Below are positions 49,864 through 58,934 of a stretch of 64,000 nucleotides of DNA, piece by piece. The position numbers were made by a program, and so were the translations under genes. The notes under the pieces are model-generated. The model worked only from the letters and a program-made list of their open reading frames with translations, ran no database searches and was not told the origin of the DNA. Location of the stretch: NCBI GenBank assembly GCA_963707955.1, contig OY970176.1, positions 1,376,001 through 1,440,000 on the forward strand, given 5' to 3'. The stretch's first letter is position 1; the number at the start of each line of letters is the position of its first letter. The stretch comes from Candidatus Bathyarchaeota archaeon (GTDB taxonomy: Archaea > Thermoproteota > Bathyarchaeia > Bathyarchaeales > Bathycorpusculaceae).

Positions 49864-49911
49864 GCGCCAGACGTTGTAAGGACGCTGCCTCCAGCAATAA
49901 ACAGTCCCCTT
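49864..49911 (-). pseudogene. Degenerate second copy of the Cys-rich microprotein C-terminus
   Basis: KGTVYCWRQRPYNVWR versus KGSTYCWRQCPYNIWK in 39408-39521. Confidence 0.7.
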
Positions 49912-50291
49912 GATTATCTCTCCCATCTTGACGCGTGTGGGCTACTCATATCCAAAGAGTGCCATAAGACCCCTTTGATCTCCGGGCGGTCTCATCCAGC
50001 TTCTCACGCAATGTAGGTTCCGATCTAATAAGGGATGCATCCTCGTATATAGTATTTTTAAGGAGCGTGCTTGACTATCAACACGCTTATTAACAGCGCT
50101 ATAGCCTTGACCTAAGGGCGCTAATTTTGGAGCACAACGCTATGAGCGAAGAGGAAGAAGAAATAGAGGAAGAAGAATGGGGCATTAGGTGTGGAACCAA
50201 GCTCTACGGAGCCCTATAGACGCGGAAACAACGCCTTGTTTTTAATACCCTGTTTTTTAATCTTAAAACCTTTGAAGGAGGTGACAGACAA

Positions 50292-50429
50292 ATGGCCAAG
50301 TGTCCGACCTGTGGAAAAGAAGTTGAAACGCCGATAAAGGAGTGGAATATGGGCAGGAACAAAAAGATACATGTTAAGCAGTACGAGTGTTGCGGGAAAA
50401 AGTTCCGTGAATATGGAAAGAAGGTTTAG
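50292..50429 (+). CDS. Second, shorter Cren7-like Zn-ribbon protein (45 aa, below ORF-track cutoff)
   Basis: MAKCPTCGKEVETPIKEWNMGRNKKIHVKQYECCGKKFREYGKKV; strong GGAGGTGA RBS. Confidence 0.8.
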   Translation: MAKCPTCGKEVETPIKEWNMGRNKKIHVKQYECCGKKFREYGKKV

Positions 50430-50462
50430 GAGCTGCGCATGCTTTTCAGGAGAGCGCGCGCG

Positions 50463-50663
50463 AAGGGAGATTATGTCAAGGATAATGGTGAGAAAACGAG
50501 AATGTAGGCTTGCTAGGTTGTGGTAGAAGGCGTTCCATGCTTTCCTAACAACATCTAAAACCGGACTTAGCGCCATGTAAGGCATTTTTCTTGCAGCCAC
50601 AAGCTCCACTTTCGCTTCACGAAGATGCTGAAGAGCCCAACCCTCTGCGTAGCCACTCATCAT
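50463..50663 (-). pseudogene. 3'-truncated helical (HEPN-like N-terminus) gene downstream of rps17e
   Basis: GWALQHLREAKVEL.AA...VRKA..AFY; after the GCGCGCGCG at 50454-50462 the frame is only the antisense of the Cren7-like gene. Confidence 0.5.
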
Positions 50664-50703
50664 CTGTCTTCACTTCTATTTGGCTTCCAAAAAGTTGAAG
50701 CAC

Positions 50704-50946
50704 TTAATAAGATGACGCGCCTTTCTCCGTTTCCTCTAAAGTTTCTTCTGGCAATTCCTGCTCTTGCACAGCAAAACAACGTGTTATGTATCCAGCAATC
50801 AGGTTCCGAACCTTTGGCGTTCCACCAGTCACTAAACTGTTAACCGATTGCTTGTTCTTTTCAAAATCATTAGAAAACCTATCAGGAAAACGCCTGATAA
50901 GCTCCTTAGCCATTCGTTTGATGTGTTTTGTGCGCCCACTCCCCAA
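50704..50946 (-). CDS. rps17e: 30S ribosomal protein S17e (possibly a divergent paralog)
   Basis: RT.HIKR.AKEL...PDRFS.DFE.NK...KVRNLIAGYITR; GGAGG RBS with TTG start. Confidence 0.92.
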   Translation of the reverse strand: MGSGRTKHIKRMAKELIRRFPDRFSNDFEKNKQSVNSLVTGGTPKVRNLIAGYITRCFAVQEQELPEETLEETEKGASSY

Positions 50947-51232
50947 ACACATGTTCCTCCAAGCACATATCTGAACTATATTAGACCGCGCGCGCTATTA
51001 TCCTTATAAACTGAATTACGTTTCAATAATAATCGAGCATACATGTCCCAAATCATGTTGAATCCAACTCTCAATCGACGAATTAAGCCAAAATAGGCTC
51101 GGATTCATGGGAAAATCCCAATTAGTGGGAATTGAAAGATTCTGGTAATCCGTCAGCGCGCGCGCTCTCTGCGGAGGTTTAAACTTCGGCAGGGAGACTC
51201 TTAGAAGCTCGAAAAAATACTAGGGGGGTGGG

Positions 51233-51847
51233 TCACCGGACGCGCTTGACGATGACCTCGCCGTTTGAGAGTTCCTTAATTATTTCCGAACCATCTTTGA
51301 GGTGCGCTAAGAGCTGAGCCTCAGGTATCTGAGAGAACTCTGCGCAGTGCTCGCCGTCTGGGCAGTCCTCAGCTTTCTTAGCTTCTTTCACAATGCGCTT
51401 CTTATCTTCCTTGAGCTCATCCCCAGTCCTAAGATGATATTGTCTCCTTATCTCCGCCCGCTCAGTTTCTAACTTCTCAATTCTGTCTATAACTTCTTTC
51501 GAGACTGCTGGCGCTTCGCTCGTAAACTCCAACGCAGGCACTGCTTCTCGGTACTTCGCTCTCAGCTGCTCAATCGCTGGCCTTGAGTATGGAGCCTCTT
51601 CGCCCTTGACTTTTCTGCCGCGTATAACCCTTGCCCAGTTAGGAGAAATCCGGATTTCCTCACGCGCCGTGTTAACATACCGGCGCGCATCGTGCCACGA
51701 GAATGGAACACCTGCAGCCCTGCTCAGCGTCCATATTAAGTGTCCCAAGCGTTGGTAGGAGATCGGTCGGTAAGGCGAATAGGCCTCGAAGAAAATGTTA
51801 TCCTCGGCAATGACTTTGCGCCCGAGTTTCTGCTCCATCCATTCCCG
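51233..51847 (-). mobile_element. C-terminal remnant of a tyrosine recombinase/integrase
   Basis: FSWHDARRY (HxxR), IRGRKV (H/W position), EAPYSRP (catalytic Tyr); upstream frame closed by TAG adjoining the (CG)n tract at 51846-51856. Confidence 0.8.
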
Positions 51848-51970
51848 CGCGCGCTATTAACATTTTGGTTCCGTTGCTTCAGAAGGGGGTTGCCTACGTT
51901 TTCCCAAATCGGCTTGCCCTGTGCGAAAATCAAGCCTCTATATTTGCTTCGACCCTGAACTTTTGTTGTC

Positions 51971-52507
51971 TTAGGGAATTCTTCGTGTTACAGGGTTTTG
52001 AATCTTCGCTCTGATTTCTCTCTCTAAGCAATCAGCTATGTACCTCAATGAAAGAGGTCTTAAGACGTCGTCACTGTTTAGGGCTATGAGAAATGAGCCA
52101 GTTAACGTCATGGATTCTGCCCATTCTGCCCTGATTTCTTGCACGTATTCAGCATATTCTGAATAGGTCTTGTGAACCGAGACTGCTACCATGTCTGAAC
52201 CTAAGCCCATGCCGGTGGAAACGAAGATCATGTTAGGATTCTTTGCCGTGAGACCCTTTCCCTTTGCCACTTTGGCTTCGGGGCGCTGTTCACGTTTCTT
52301 GTTTCCAAATGTAATTGCTATGATCTCAAAACCCAGTTTTCTCAGATTCACACTTCCAGTGTACTCGATGATCCCTTCTTTTTCAAGCCTTGTTCTGATT
52401 CTGGAGACTGTAGGTTGAGACACACCAATTATCTTTGCCAGTTCCCTGTCACTTTTTCTGCTGTTCCTGATGAGCTCACAAACCAGTTTGATCTCTAATT
52501 CCTTCAA
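51971..52507 (-). CDS. Lrp/AsnC-type winged-HTH transcriptional regulator
   Basis: NSRKSDRELAKIIGVSQPTVSR.R.RLEKEGII. Confidence 0.92.
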   Translation of the reverse strand: MKELEIKLVCELIRNSRKSDRELAKIIGVSQPTVSRIRTRLEKEGIIEYTGSVNLRKLGFEIIAITFGNKKREQRPEAKVAKGKGLTAKNPNMIFVSTGMGLGSDMVAVSVHKTYSEYAEYVQEIRAEWAESMTLTGSFLIALNSDDVLRPLSLRYIADCLEREIRAKIQNPVTRRIP

Positions 52508-52800
52508 ACACCTTCCTCCTTAAACAAGCAGGTCTGTCTATACTATTTCGTAAGTTGTTTAAGAAATCTTCCATATTGTTATAATCATTTGTATTATCTA
52601 TGGTCGCCATAACATATGAAACCATCCACAATTCAATACAGTCTTTCTGCAGAACACCGACAACTTGGTCCCAAACATTGCAAGGGGCCTCGAAGACCAT
52701 TGCGAAAAACAGAATCGCCACGAACAGTTAGCCTGATTTTGTTGTTCCACGGAAAGCTATTTTAGCCGAGAGAGGCACAACAAGGAACGTTGGGTTTTGC

Positions 52801-52995
52801 ATGGTTAAAGAGGAACCAAAAAAGCACACTGGCAAGTGCTATGACTGCGGTGGCCCTCTAGAATTGTTTGAATTAGATATTAAGCAATCTACGAAGATTA
52901 TGAAATGCCAGAATTGCGGCCTGTTCCATTTCTACAAGAAAGACTTCATTGGCAATTACAAGCTGACCAAAGTCAGCAATAATCCTGCCGCGTAG
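52801..52995 (+). CDS. Small Zn-ribbon protein
   Basis: CYDCGG...CQNCG. Confidence 0.75.
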   Translation: MVKEEPKKHTGKCYDCGGPLELFELDIKQSTKIMKCQNCGLFHFYKKDFIGNYKLTKVSNNPAA

Positions 52996-53174
52996 TGATA
53001 CACTTTAAACATCACCCAATAAGCGATTTACCATCTCGAAAGTGCCCCGCGTGTACACTGCGCTTCAACAATGTTCACATTTGATTTGATTCCCTGACGT
53101 GGACACTGTCATCAGTAGTGCGCGCCCTGACAAGTATTAAATATGGGTGTGTCTAGTCCTGCTGAGGGTTGATC

Positions 53175-53789
53175 ATGGTTGATACTGCTTCTGAGATTGC
53201 CGGAGCCCTGTATCGTTCGGGTTGCTTGAAGTTTGGCACTTTCCACATCAAATCTGGGGCCCTAAGCCCATACTACATTGACCTTGCATGTCTGCTTTCC
53301 TCTCCCAAAGACCTCTGCACTCTTGCAGACATTGCCGCAGACAGGATCAGGATGCTTGAGGCCAAGGATAGGATAGACAAATTGGCTTCGATCGAGTTGA
53401 AAGGTGCTTTGATTCTGCCAAGCATTGCTTGTCGAATGAACCTGCCGTGCACCGTGGTGAGGAAAGAGGAAAAAGTGTACGGCGCGACAGGAAGAATTGC
53501 AGGTGCAGAAGTCGCAAGAGGCGAACACATTCTGTTCTTTGACGATGTTATCAGCGAGGGCTTTTCCAAGCTGGAAGCGATAAAGCCTCTTGAGCAGCTT
53601 GGGGCCCGCGTAGAAAACATCCTAGTAGTGGTAGACAGGGAACAGCACGGCGCAGAAAACCTAGGAAAGCTTGGCTACAGAGTGCACGCCTTGGCAAAGG
53701 TCACTGAGCTTGCAGAGAGACTCCTTCGAAACTCGAAGATCTCGAAAGAGCAAGCAGACGCTGTTTTCAACTACGTCAAGAATGCCTAA
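53175..53789 (+). CDS. pyrE: Orotate phosphoribosyltransferase
   Basis: FG.F.IKSG..SPYYID, RKEEK.YG, FDDVISEG.S, VVDRE. Confidence 0.92.
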   Translation: MVDTASEIAGALYRSGCLKFGTFHIKSGALSPYYIDLACLLSSPKDLCTLADIAADRIRMLEAKDRIDKLASIELKGALILPSIACRMNLPCTVVRKEEKVYGATGRIAGAEVARGEHILFFDDVISEGFSKLEAIKPLEQLGARVENILVVVDREQHGAENLGKLGYRVHALAKVTELAERLLRNSKISKEQADAVFNYVKNA

Positions 53790-53799
53790 AGGCCTACTC

Positions 53800-54372
53800 T
53801 CATTTTCCAACCTCAACAAGTAATAGCTTCTGCAGTATTTTCCTTGCAGATTCTTGCGGCGAGCATTTGGCAGTGTTCACGGTCACTTCAGGGTTTACAG
53901 GAGGCTCGTAAGGTTGCCCGATCCCGGGGACAGTTGGGGCTTCGCCCTTCAGGCCTCTTGAGTAGATTTTCCTTGGAGCGAGGTGCGTTTTCCCTCTTTT
54001 GGCCTCACGGTCTATGCAAACTTCCATTGGACACTCAAGATAGACCTCGATGAACTTTGGGATCCGCTTTCTTGCGTCGTCACGGAAGCGTCTAAGGTTG
54101 CCAGTCGCGTCGATCACAACGTTCACACCGTTCTCTGTCAGAAGCTCGGCAAAGTAGACGAGCGTTGCATAAACCGTGTCACGTTCTTCCAGAGAGTAGG
54201 ATGGGTTAGGAGTCAAAACTTTGCGGAGAGCGTCCACGACCAATAGTTGAGCGTGGATACCCTTCTGATCGAGAAGCTTCAGCAGAGCTTCGGACACAAC
54301 GGACTTGCCGCTTCCAGGCAAGCCTGTGACCCAAACGCACCAGCCCGGTCTAGCCGAGGTTCTTTGTTTCAT
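53800..54372 (-). CDS. Adenylyl-sulfate kinase-like P-loop kinase
   Basis: WVTGLPGSGKS, FIEVYL.CP.EVC..R, VPGI..PYEPP.NPE. Confidence 0.85.
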   Translation of the reverse strand: MKQRTSARPGWCVWVTGLPGSGKSVVSEALLKLLDQKGIHAQLLVVDALRKVLTPNPSYSLEERDTVYATLVYFAELLTENGVNVVIDATGNLRRFRDDARKRIPKFIEVYLECPMEVCIDREAKRGKTHLAPRKIYSRGLKGEAPTVPGIGQPYEPPVNPEVTVNTAKCSPQESARKILQKLLLVEVGK

Positions 54373-54770
54373 GCAGGTCCCACTGCAGTTTCTCTCATGT
54401 GTTCTCTTAAAAACTCATAGTCTTCGACCTTGAAAAGATGGCTTTCACACTTGCAGTCTGAACTACCGAAGCCTCGTATTGGAAAACCCTTCTTCGCAAG
54501 TTCCCTGGCGATCTTGCATTCCTTTGGCCTTCCTGCTCTCATGTAGAAAACCTTCAGAACCTTGACACGTGGGTTATCTAATAGATAATCGATGTGCCAA
54601 AACTTCGCCTTCTCTGTTCTGAGATGCCGCTTGACGCGTTCTTCCAAGTTGTTTTGGGCTGAGCCCACGTAAGCGTACAGGCCCTTTTCAAAACTCAAGT
54701 TGCCTAATGCGGCAGTGTCTACGCTGATGTTCCTGTCTATTCTGATTATGAGAACGTAGATGCCCTTCAT
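54369..54770 (-). CDS. GIY-YIG nuclease family protein (DUF123)
   Basis: GIY.L...YAYVGSA...RVKRH...WHIDYLL...GFGSSDC.C.SHL. Confidence 0.93.
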   Translation of the reverse strand: MKGIYVLIIRIDRNISVDTAALGNLSFEKGLYAYVGSAQNNLEERVKRHLRTEKAKFWHIDYLLDNPRVKVLKVFYMRAGRPKECKIARELAKKGFPIRGFGSSDCKCESHLFKVEDYEFLREHMRETAVGPA

Positions 54771-54886
54771 GCTTTTCTGTCAGAACTGTTCTCTCTGTAC
54801 CATTTCAATATTTCACTGACTGCGTTCGGAGAATAGCCCATCTCGCTGAGAAGTCTCTTCAGGTCGTCTATAGACCCCACTTCCAA
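54767..54886 (-). CDS. 39-aa helical microprotein
   Basis: MEVGSIDDLKRLLSEMGYSPNAVSEILKWYRENSSDRKA; stop overlaps the GIY-YIG start (ATGA). Confidence 0.6.
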   Translation of the reverse strand: MEVGSIDDLKRLLSEMGYSPNAVSEILKWYRENSSDRKA

Positions 54887-54989
54887 GGTTGGACCCCTTG
54901 CCCCAAGCAGCCTTACTCTTGACCCTATTTATACTTTAGTCTCACCGTTGATATATTGTCTTAACGCCGGCGGTGAAATGTCGCAAATG

Positions 54990-56078
54990 CTATTTTAGGT
55001 AATACTTTACGCTCTCAACCTCAAATTCTCTGGCTTTGAGTACTTTGGCCCCGAAACGAAGGATCTTTTTCCGCGCAATCAGAGGCAGATTCGGGTACCA
55101 CAAGGGGGACGCTAAGACAAGACTGCGCCAAGCGTAGAAAGGTTGAATGACTTTCAAAATCTCGTCGTCGCCAGTCTTGTCCAAGTAGTTCTTCCAGAAA
55201 AGTGTGAACAACCTTCCGAAGGGTCCGTTCATCTCCCCGAAGGTCTGCAAAGAATAGAAAAGGTAGTTGATCGTCATAGCCGAAACGTCGTCAGCAGGCT
55301 CCCCCCACTCGCCTCTGCTGCGGTCCAGAACGGTGAAATCTAACCCCTGCCTGAACAGAACATTCCAAGAGTGAAAGTCCCCGTGCACCTGCGAGAGCCT
55401 GTGAGCCTTATGTTTCAGACGCCAGCGCCAATCCAAACAGTCCTTCTCAAGTTCAACGAAGTACTTCTCATCAACATAGCCTAAATTGCTGGGATAACTG
55501 TCTGCCAACCCAAAAATGCCTTCACCTTGTCCAGTCAGGTCACGAATCCGCCTGACATAGAGTCCTGGCGCATCCTTCTTCTTGACCGAATGGATCTCGA
55601 CAAGATAGTCAGACAATGCTAAACATCGTTCCTCATCTAAATCCGTCACTTTGCGAGTTTCTTTGATGTGGTCCAAGTCATCATGGTAGGGTGAGCCTTC
55701 AACAAAGTCGGTTAGGATGAAGAATTCGACACAGTCTCCCAACGACTTCAAAGTCTCTCCGTCGTTTGAAAAGGAGCCAACATCAACAGAACTGACATGT
55801 CTAGGCAGTTTGTTGAACGCGGAGTGCTGCCAGAGCAGAATGGCGGCCCTATCAGAGAAGTAGTCATGCCCAAAGCCTTCAGGCCGCACGGTCTCCAAGA
55901 CTGACCGCTTGGTTTGTCCGTGTAGGCTGAACTCAATAAGGTAGGGCACCCCGTACCCGAAGCCTTTCAAGTCAGCAACCTGACCGCTACGCAAGGGCAC
56001 GACTCGCAAGACCTTAACCGCTGCCTTATAGACACTTGAAAGATACTCCTCCACCCTTTCAGCCTTCAACTCAAGCAA
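54990..56078 (-). CDS. Aminoglycoside phosphotransferase/choline-kinase-like protein
   Basis: VHGDFHSWN, LDRSRGEWGEPADD. Confidence 0.88.
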   Translation of the reverse strand: MLELKAERVEEYLSSVYKAAVKVLRVVPLRSGQVADLKGFGYGVPYLIEFSLHGQTKRSVLETVRPEGFGHDYFSDRAAILLWQHSAFNKLPRHVSSVDVGSFSNDGETLKSLGDCVEFFILTDFVEGSPYHDDLDHIKETRKVTDLDEERCLALSDYLVEIHSVKKKDAPGLYVRRIRDLTGQGEGIFGLADSYPSNLGYVDEKYFVELEKDCLDWRWRLKHKAHRLSQVHGDFHSWNVLFRQGLDFTVLDRSRGEWGEPADDVSAMTINYLFYSLQTFGEMNGPFGRLFTLFWKNYLDKTGDDEILKVIQPFYAWRSLVLASPLWYPNLPLIARKKILRFGAKVLKAREFEVESVKYYLK

Positions 56079-56212
56079 GAAATCACATCCAAAACGAAGA
56101 GTTATCAGTTACAAGTTAAAAATATAGCGATACAAGCCGAGAAATCAAGGGAAGTGCCAAAAAATGAAACAGTCCGCACTTAGCCTTAAATAGCGAACCG
56201 CCACAGAACGTA

Positions 56213-57484
56213 ATGGAGAAAACAATTATGGAAAAGTTCAAAGTTAAAGACCTAACCTTGGCTTCCAGTGGAAACCTGCAGATCGAATGGGCATCAAAGC
56301 ACATGCCAGTTTTAACCCAGGTTAGGGAGAGACTTGCCAAAGAAAAGCCGCTCAAGGACTTGACTCTAGGGGCCTGTTTGCACGTGACAAAGGAAACAGG
56401 CGTGCTCGTTGACACTTTTGTCGTTGCAGGGGCAAGAGTTGCACTGTGCGGTTCTAACCCTCTTTCAACGCAGGACGATGTTGCAGCAGCGCTGGCAAAG
56501 AGAGGCGTCAACGTCTTTGCTTGGCGAGGTGAAACAACAGACGAATACTACTGGTGCGTTGAGAAAGCATTGGATCTTGCCCCTACAATTACTTTGGATG
56601 ACGGGGCAGACCTTGTCGGCACACTGCACAGCAAGAGAAAACAGGCCTTGCCGAAAATCAAAGGAGGGACAGAGGAGACAACCACCGGCGTGCTTCGTTT
56701 GAGAGCGATGGAGAAAAAGGGTGCACTCAAGTACCCAATAATAGCGGTGAACGACGCTTACACGAAATACTTGTTTGACAACCGTTACGGAACGGGCCAA
56801 AGTACGTTGGACGGCATACTGAGAGCGACAAATATTCTCCTAGCGGGCAAGAACTTTGTTGTCTGCGGTTACGGCTGGTGTGGAAGAGGCATCGCGATGA
56901 GAGCGCAAGGGATGGGAGCGAACGTGATCATCACCGAAGTGAGCCCACTGCGGGGACTTGAAGCCGCGATGAACGGGTTCCGCGTTATGCCAATCATCGA
57001 AGCGGTTGCAATAGGCGACATCTTCGTGACGGCAACCGGCGATACTAGCGTGATAAGGAAAGAACACATGGCGAGGATGAAAGACGGCGCTATTCTGGCC
57101 AACAGCGGACACTTCAACGTTGAAATAGACTTCCAAGACCTCGAAGAACTCTCGACCAAAAAGAGAAACATCAGACCAAACCTCGACGAGTACACGTTTA
57201 AAGACGGGCGAAAACTGTACCTTTTGGCCGAAGGAAGACTAGTGAACTTGGCGGCAGCCGAAGGACATCCGTCCGAGGTCATGGACATGTCTTTTGCAAA
57301 CCAAGCTCTCTGCGTTGAATACCTAGCGAAAAAAGCGAAGCTACCGCCGAAAGTCTATCCGGTGCCAAAAGAAATAGATGATGATGTGGCAAAACTGAAA
57401 CTCAACGCTATGCACATCAAGGTTGACAAACTGACGAAGGAGCAGAGAAAATATCTAGCTACTTGGGAATTGGGTACAACATGA
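56213..57484 (+). CDS. ahcY: Adenosylhomocysteinase
   Basis: [54 protein letters not shown]. Confidence 0.98.
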   Translation: MEKTIMEKFKVKDLTLASSGNLQIEWASKHMPVLTQVRERLAKEKPLKDLTLGACLHVTKETGVLVDTFVVAGARVALCGSNPLSTQDDVAAALAKRGVNVFAWRGETTDEYYWCVEKALDLAPTITLDDGADLVGTLHSKRKQALPKIKGGTEETTTGVLRLRAMEKKGALKYPIIAVNDAYTKYLFDNRYGTGQSTLDGILRATNILLAGKNFVVCGYGWCGRGIAMRAQGMGANVIITEVSPLRGLEAAMNGFRVMPIIEAVAIGDIFVTATGDTSVIRKEHMARMKDGAILANSGHFNVEIDFQDLEELSTKKRNIRPNLDEYTFKDGRKLYLLAEGRLVNLAAAEGHPSEVMDMSFANQALCVEYLAKKAKLPPKVYPVPKEIDDDVAKLKLNAMHIKVDKLTKEQRKYLATWELGTT

Positions 57485-57545
57485 TAGTTCACTCTGAGAT
57501 ATGGTAAACTTTAAAAGGTATTAGAGAGATAAACATGGCTAACAT

Positions 57546-57944
57546 GTGGTGATGCCAATGGTTAGTAAAGATCAAGCGATAGGCGGAGTAATATTCATCG
57601 TCTGCGCGATAGTTGGCCTCTTTTACGTTGTCACTCTATTCTATCCGAACTGGCTTGGATTTTTCGGACTCAATACACAGGATCCTTCCGTCCGTTTCTG
57701 GATCATGTTCTGGATCGTTGCAGTGCCTGTTCTGGTCGCCTTCATCGCCATAATGGGTATAGGCGCATGGATAGGTTGGACAATGGCTACGACACCGCCG
57801 CCAAAGCCGATCGAAGAGATCACAAGTGAAATGGAAAAGGAAGAGAAGCCGACTGTTGAAGAAAAACCAGCCGAAGAGACGCCAAAGGAAACCCCAAAGG
57901 AAGAGGCAAAGAAGCCAGAAAAGAAGAAGAAAAGCGAAGAATAG
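57546..57944 (+). CDS. Conserved 2-TM membrane protein with K/E/P-rich tail
   Basis: SKDQAIGG...WIGWTMATTPPPKPIEE. Confidence 0.8.
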   Translation: MVMPMVSKDQAIGGVIFIVCAIVGLFYVVTLFYPNWLGFFGLNTQDPSVRFWIMFWIVAVPVLVAFIAIMGIGAWIGWTMATTPPPKPIEEITSEMEKEEKPTVEEKPAEETPKETPKEEAKKPEKKKKSEE

Positions 57945-58049
57945 CCAGCGCCCAGTTTTTTTATTCTAGAAGAAACCTGTGATCGTCCAGATTCTTTCTG
58001 GAGGCCAAAAGGTTAAAGTTAGCTAACGATCCTTCTGTCTTCAGCCATC

Positions 58050-58442
58050 TTAACCGTTAACGGCTTTGAGCATACACTGCACTATATTTTCACAAACTAT
58101 GCAATCTTCAGGTATCTTTTCATTCTTTGATCGTTCACTCAGGTATCCAAGATGGTGCGCACACTGCACAGTTGCTGATGGCCTTGCCCTTCTCTCTTCT
58201 GAGTTGCTCACCATAGGTTCCTGTCCTTTATTATCCTCAGCCGTTGCACCCTGCTTCGCCTCAACGACTGGAACACTTTCTTCTAGGGTGATAGCGGTCA
58301 GACAACGGGGACACGCATCATAACATTGTGAATCTTCGGAACCCACGTTCTTGACTTTCAAAGGCTTCGAAAAGACCAGGCCACAAGACGAATTCGGACA
58401 CGCAAACTTGTCTTCTTTGGCACTCTGCTTCTTTCTGTGCAT
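58050..58442 (-). CDS. Double Zn-finger hypothetical protein
   Basis: CPNSSC...ACPRC; C.HHLGYL..R....IPEDC..C...V.CM. Confidence 0.75.
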   Translation of the reverse strand: MHRKKQSAKEDKFACPNSSCGLVFSKPLKVKNVGSEDSQCYDACPRCLTAITLEESVPVVEAKQGATAEDNKGQEPMVSNSEERRARPSATVQCAHHLGYLSERSKNEKIPEDCIVCENIVQCMLKAVNG

Positions 58443-58622
58443 AATGGACCATCGATAACAATCGGATCTTGCCCCTTATAGTACTAATGCAGTGAGAATC
58501 AGTATCCCTGGTAAGGATCGGGCGTTCTTCGCTTTCCATCGCACGTTGATCCAGGGTCATTATTCAGAATTCATAATCGTTTTAATGGCTGCAACTAACT
58601 TCTCGTTCAGAGGCGTCAAGAC

Positions 58623-58811
58623 TTGTACACCGTGTTGATAAGAGTTGACGAAACCCTGCCCTGGATTGAGCTTAAAGGAGACTATGAAACCAGAAAAGAG
58701 GCCCGACATGCAGCAGAAGAAGCCATCAGGAAGATAGCCGTGATGGTTCTGAACATACCACAAGAAAAGAGACCATTGAACGCATTAGCTGTGATGAAAG
58801 CAGGGCGTTAG
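58623..58811 (+). CDS. Small hypothetical protein
   Basis: MYTVLIRVDETLPWIELKG.Y.TRKEA..AA; GAGG upstream of TTG. Confidence 0.6.
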   Translation: MYTVLIRVDETLPWIELKGDYETRKEARHAAEEAIRKIAVMVLNIPQEKRPLNALAVMKAGR

Positions 58812-58934
58812 CTAACGAGAATGTTGTCGAACATCTTTTCTGCCACCTCATACATGAGATATCCAGCTTCGCGCTTGAAAGGCGGAGGATTTTGGGCGAT
58901 AAGAATTTATTATGATCAACTCCTATCGTTACAG

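Noticed and set aside
49942-49944. In-frame TAG in MALFGYE*PTRV as pyrrolysine readthrough
   Set aside because: It lies in a fragmentary mosaic and no pyl genes are in the window; a nonsense mutation is simpler.
50142-50219. Acidic mini-ORF MSEEEEEIEEEEWGIRCGTKLYGAL
   Set aside because: Low complexity, weak RBS and no internal corroboration; may be another relic but cannot be supported.
50214-50663. 149-aa tracked ORF as a full gene
   Set aside because: Beyond 50454 it is only the antisense of the Cren7-like gene, which has a strong RBS.
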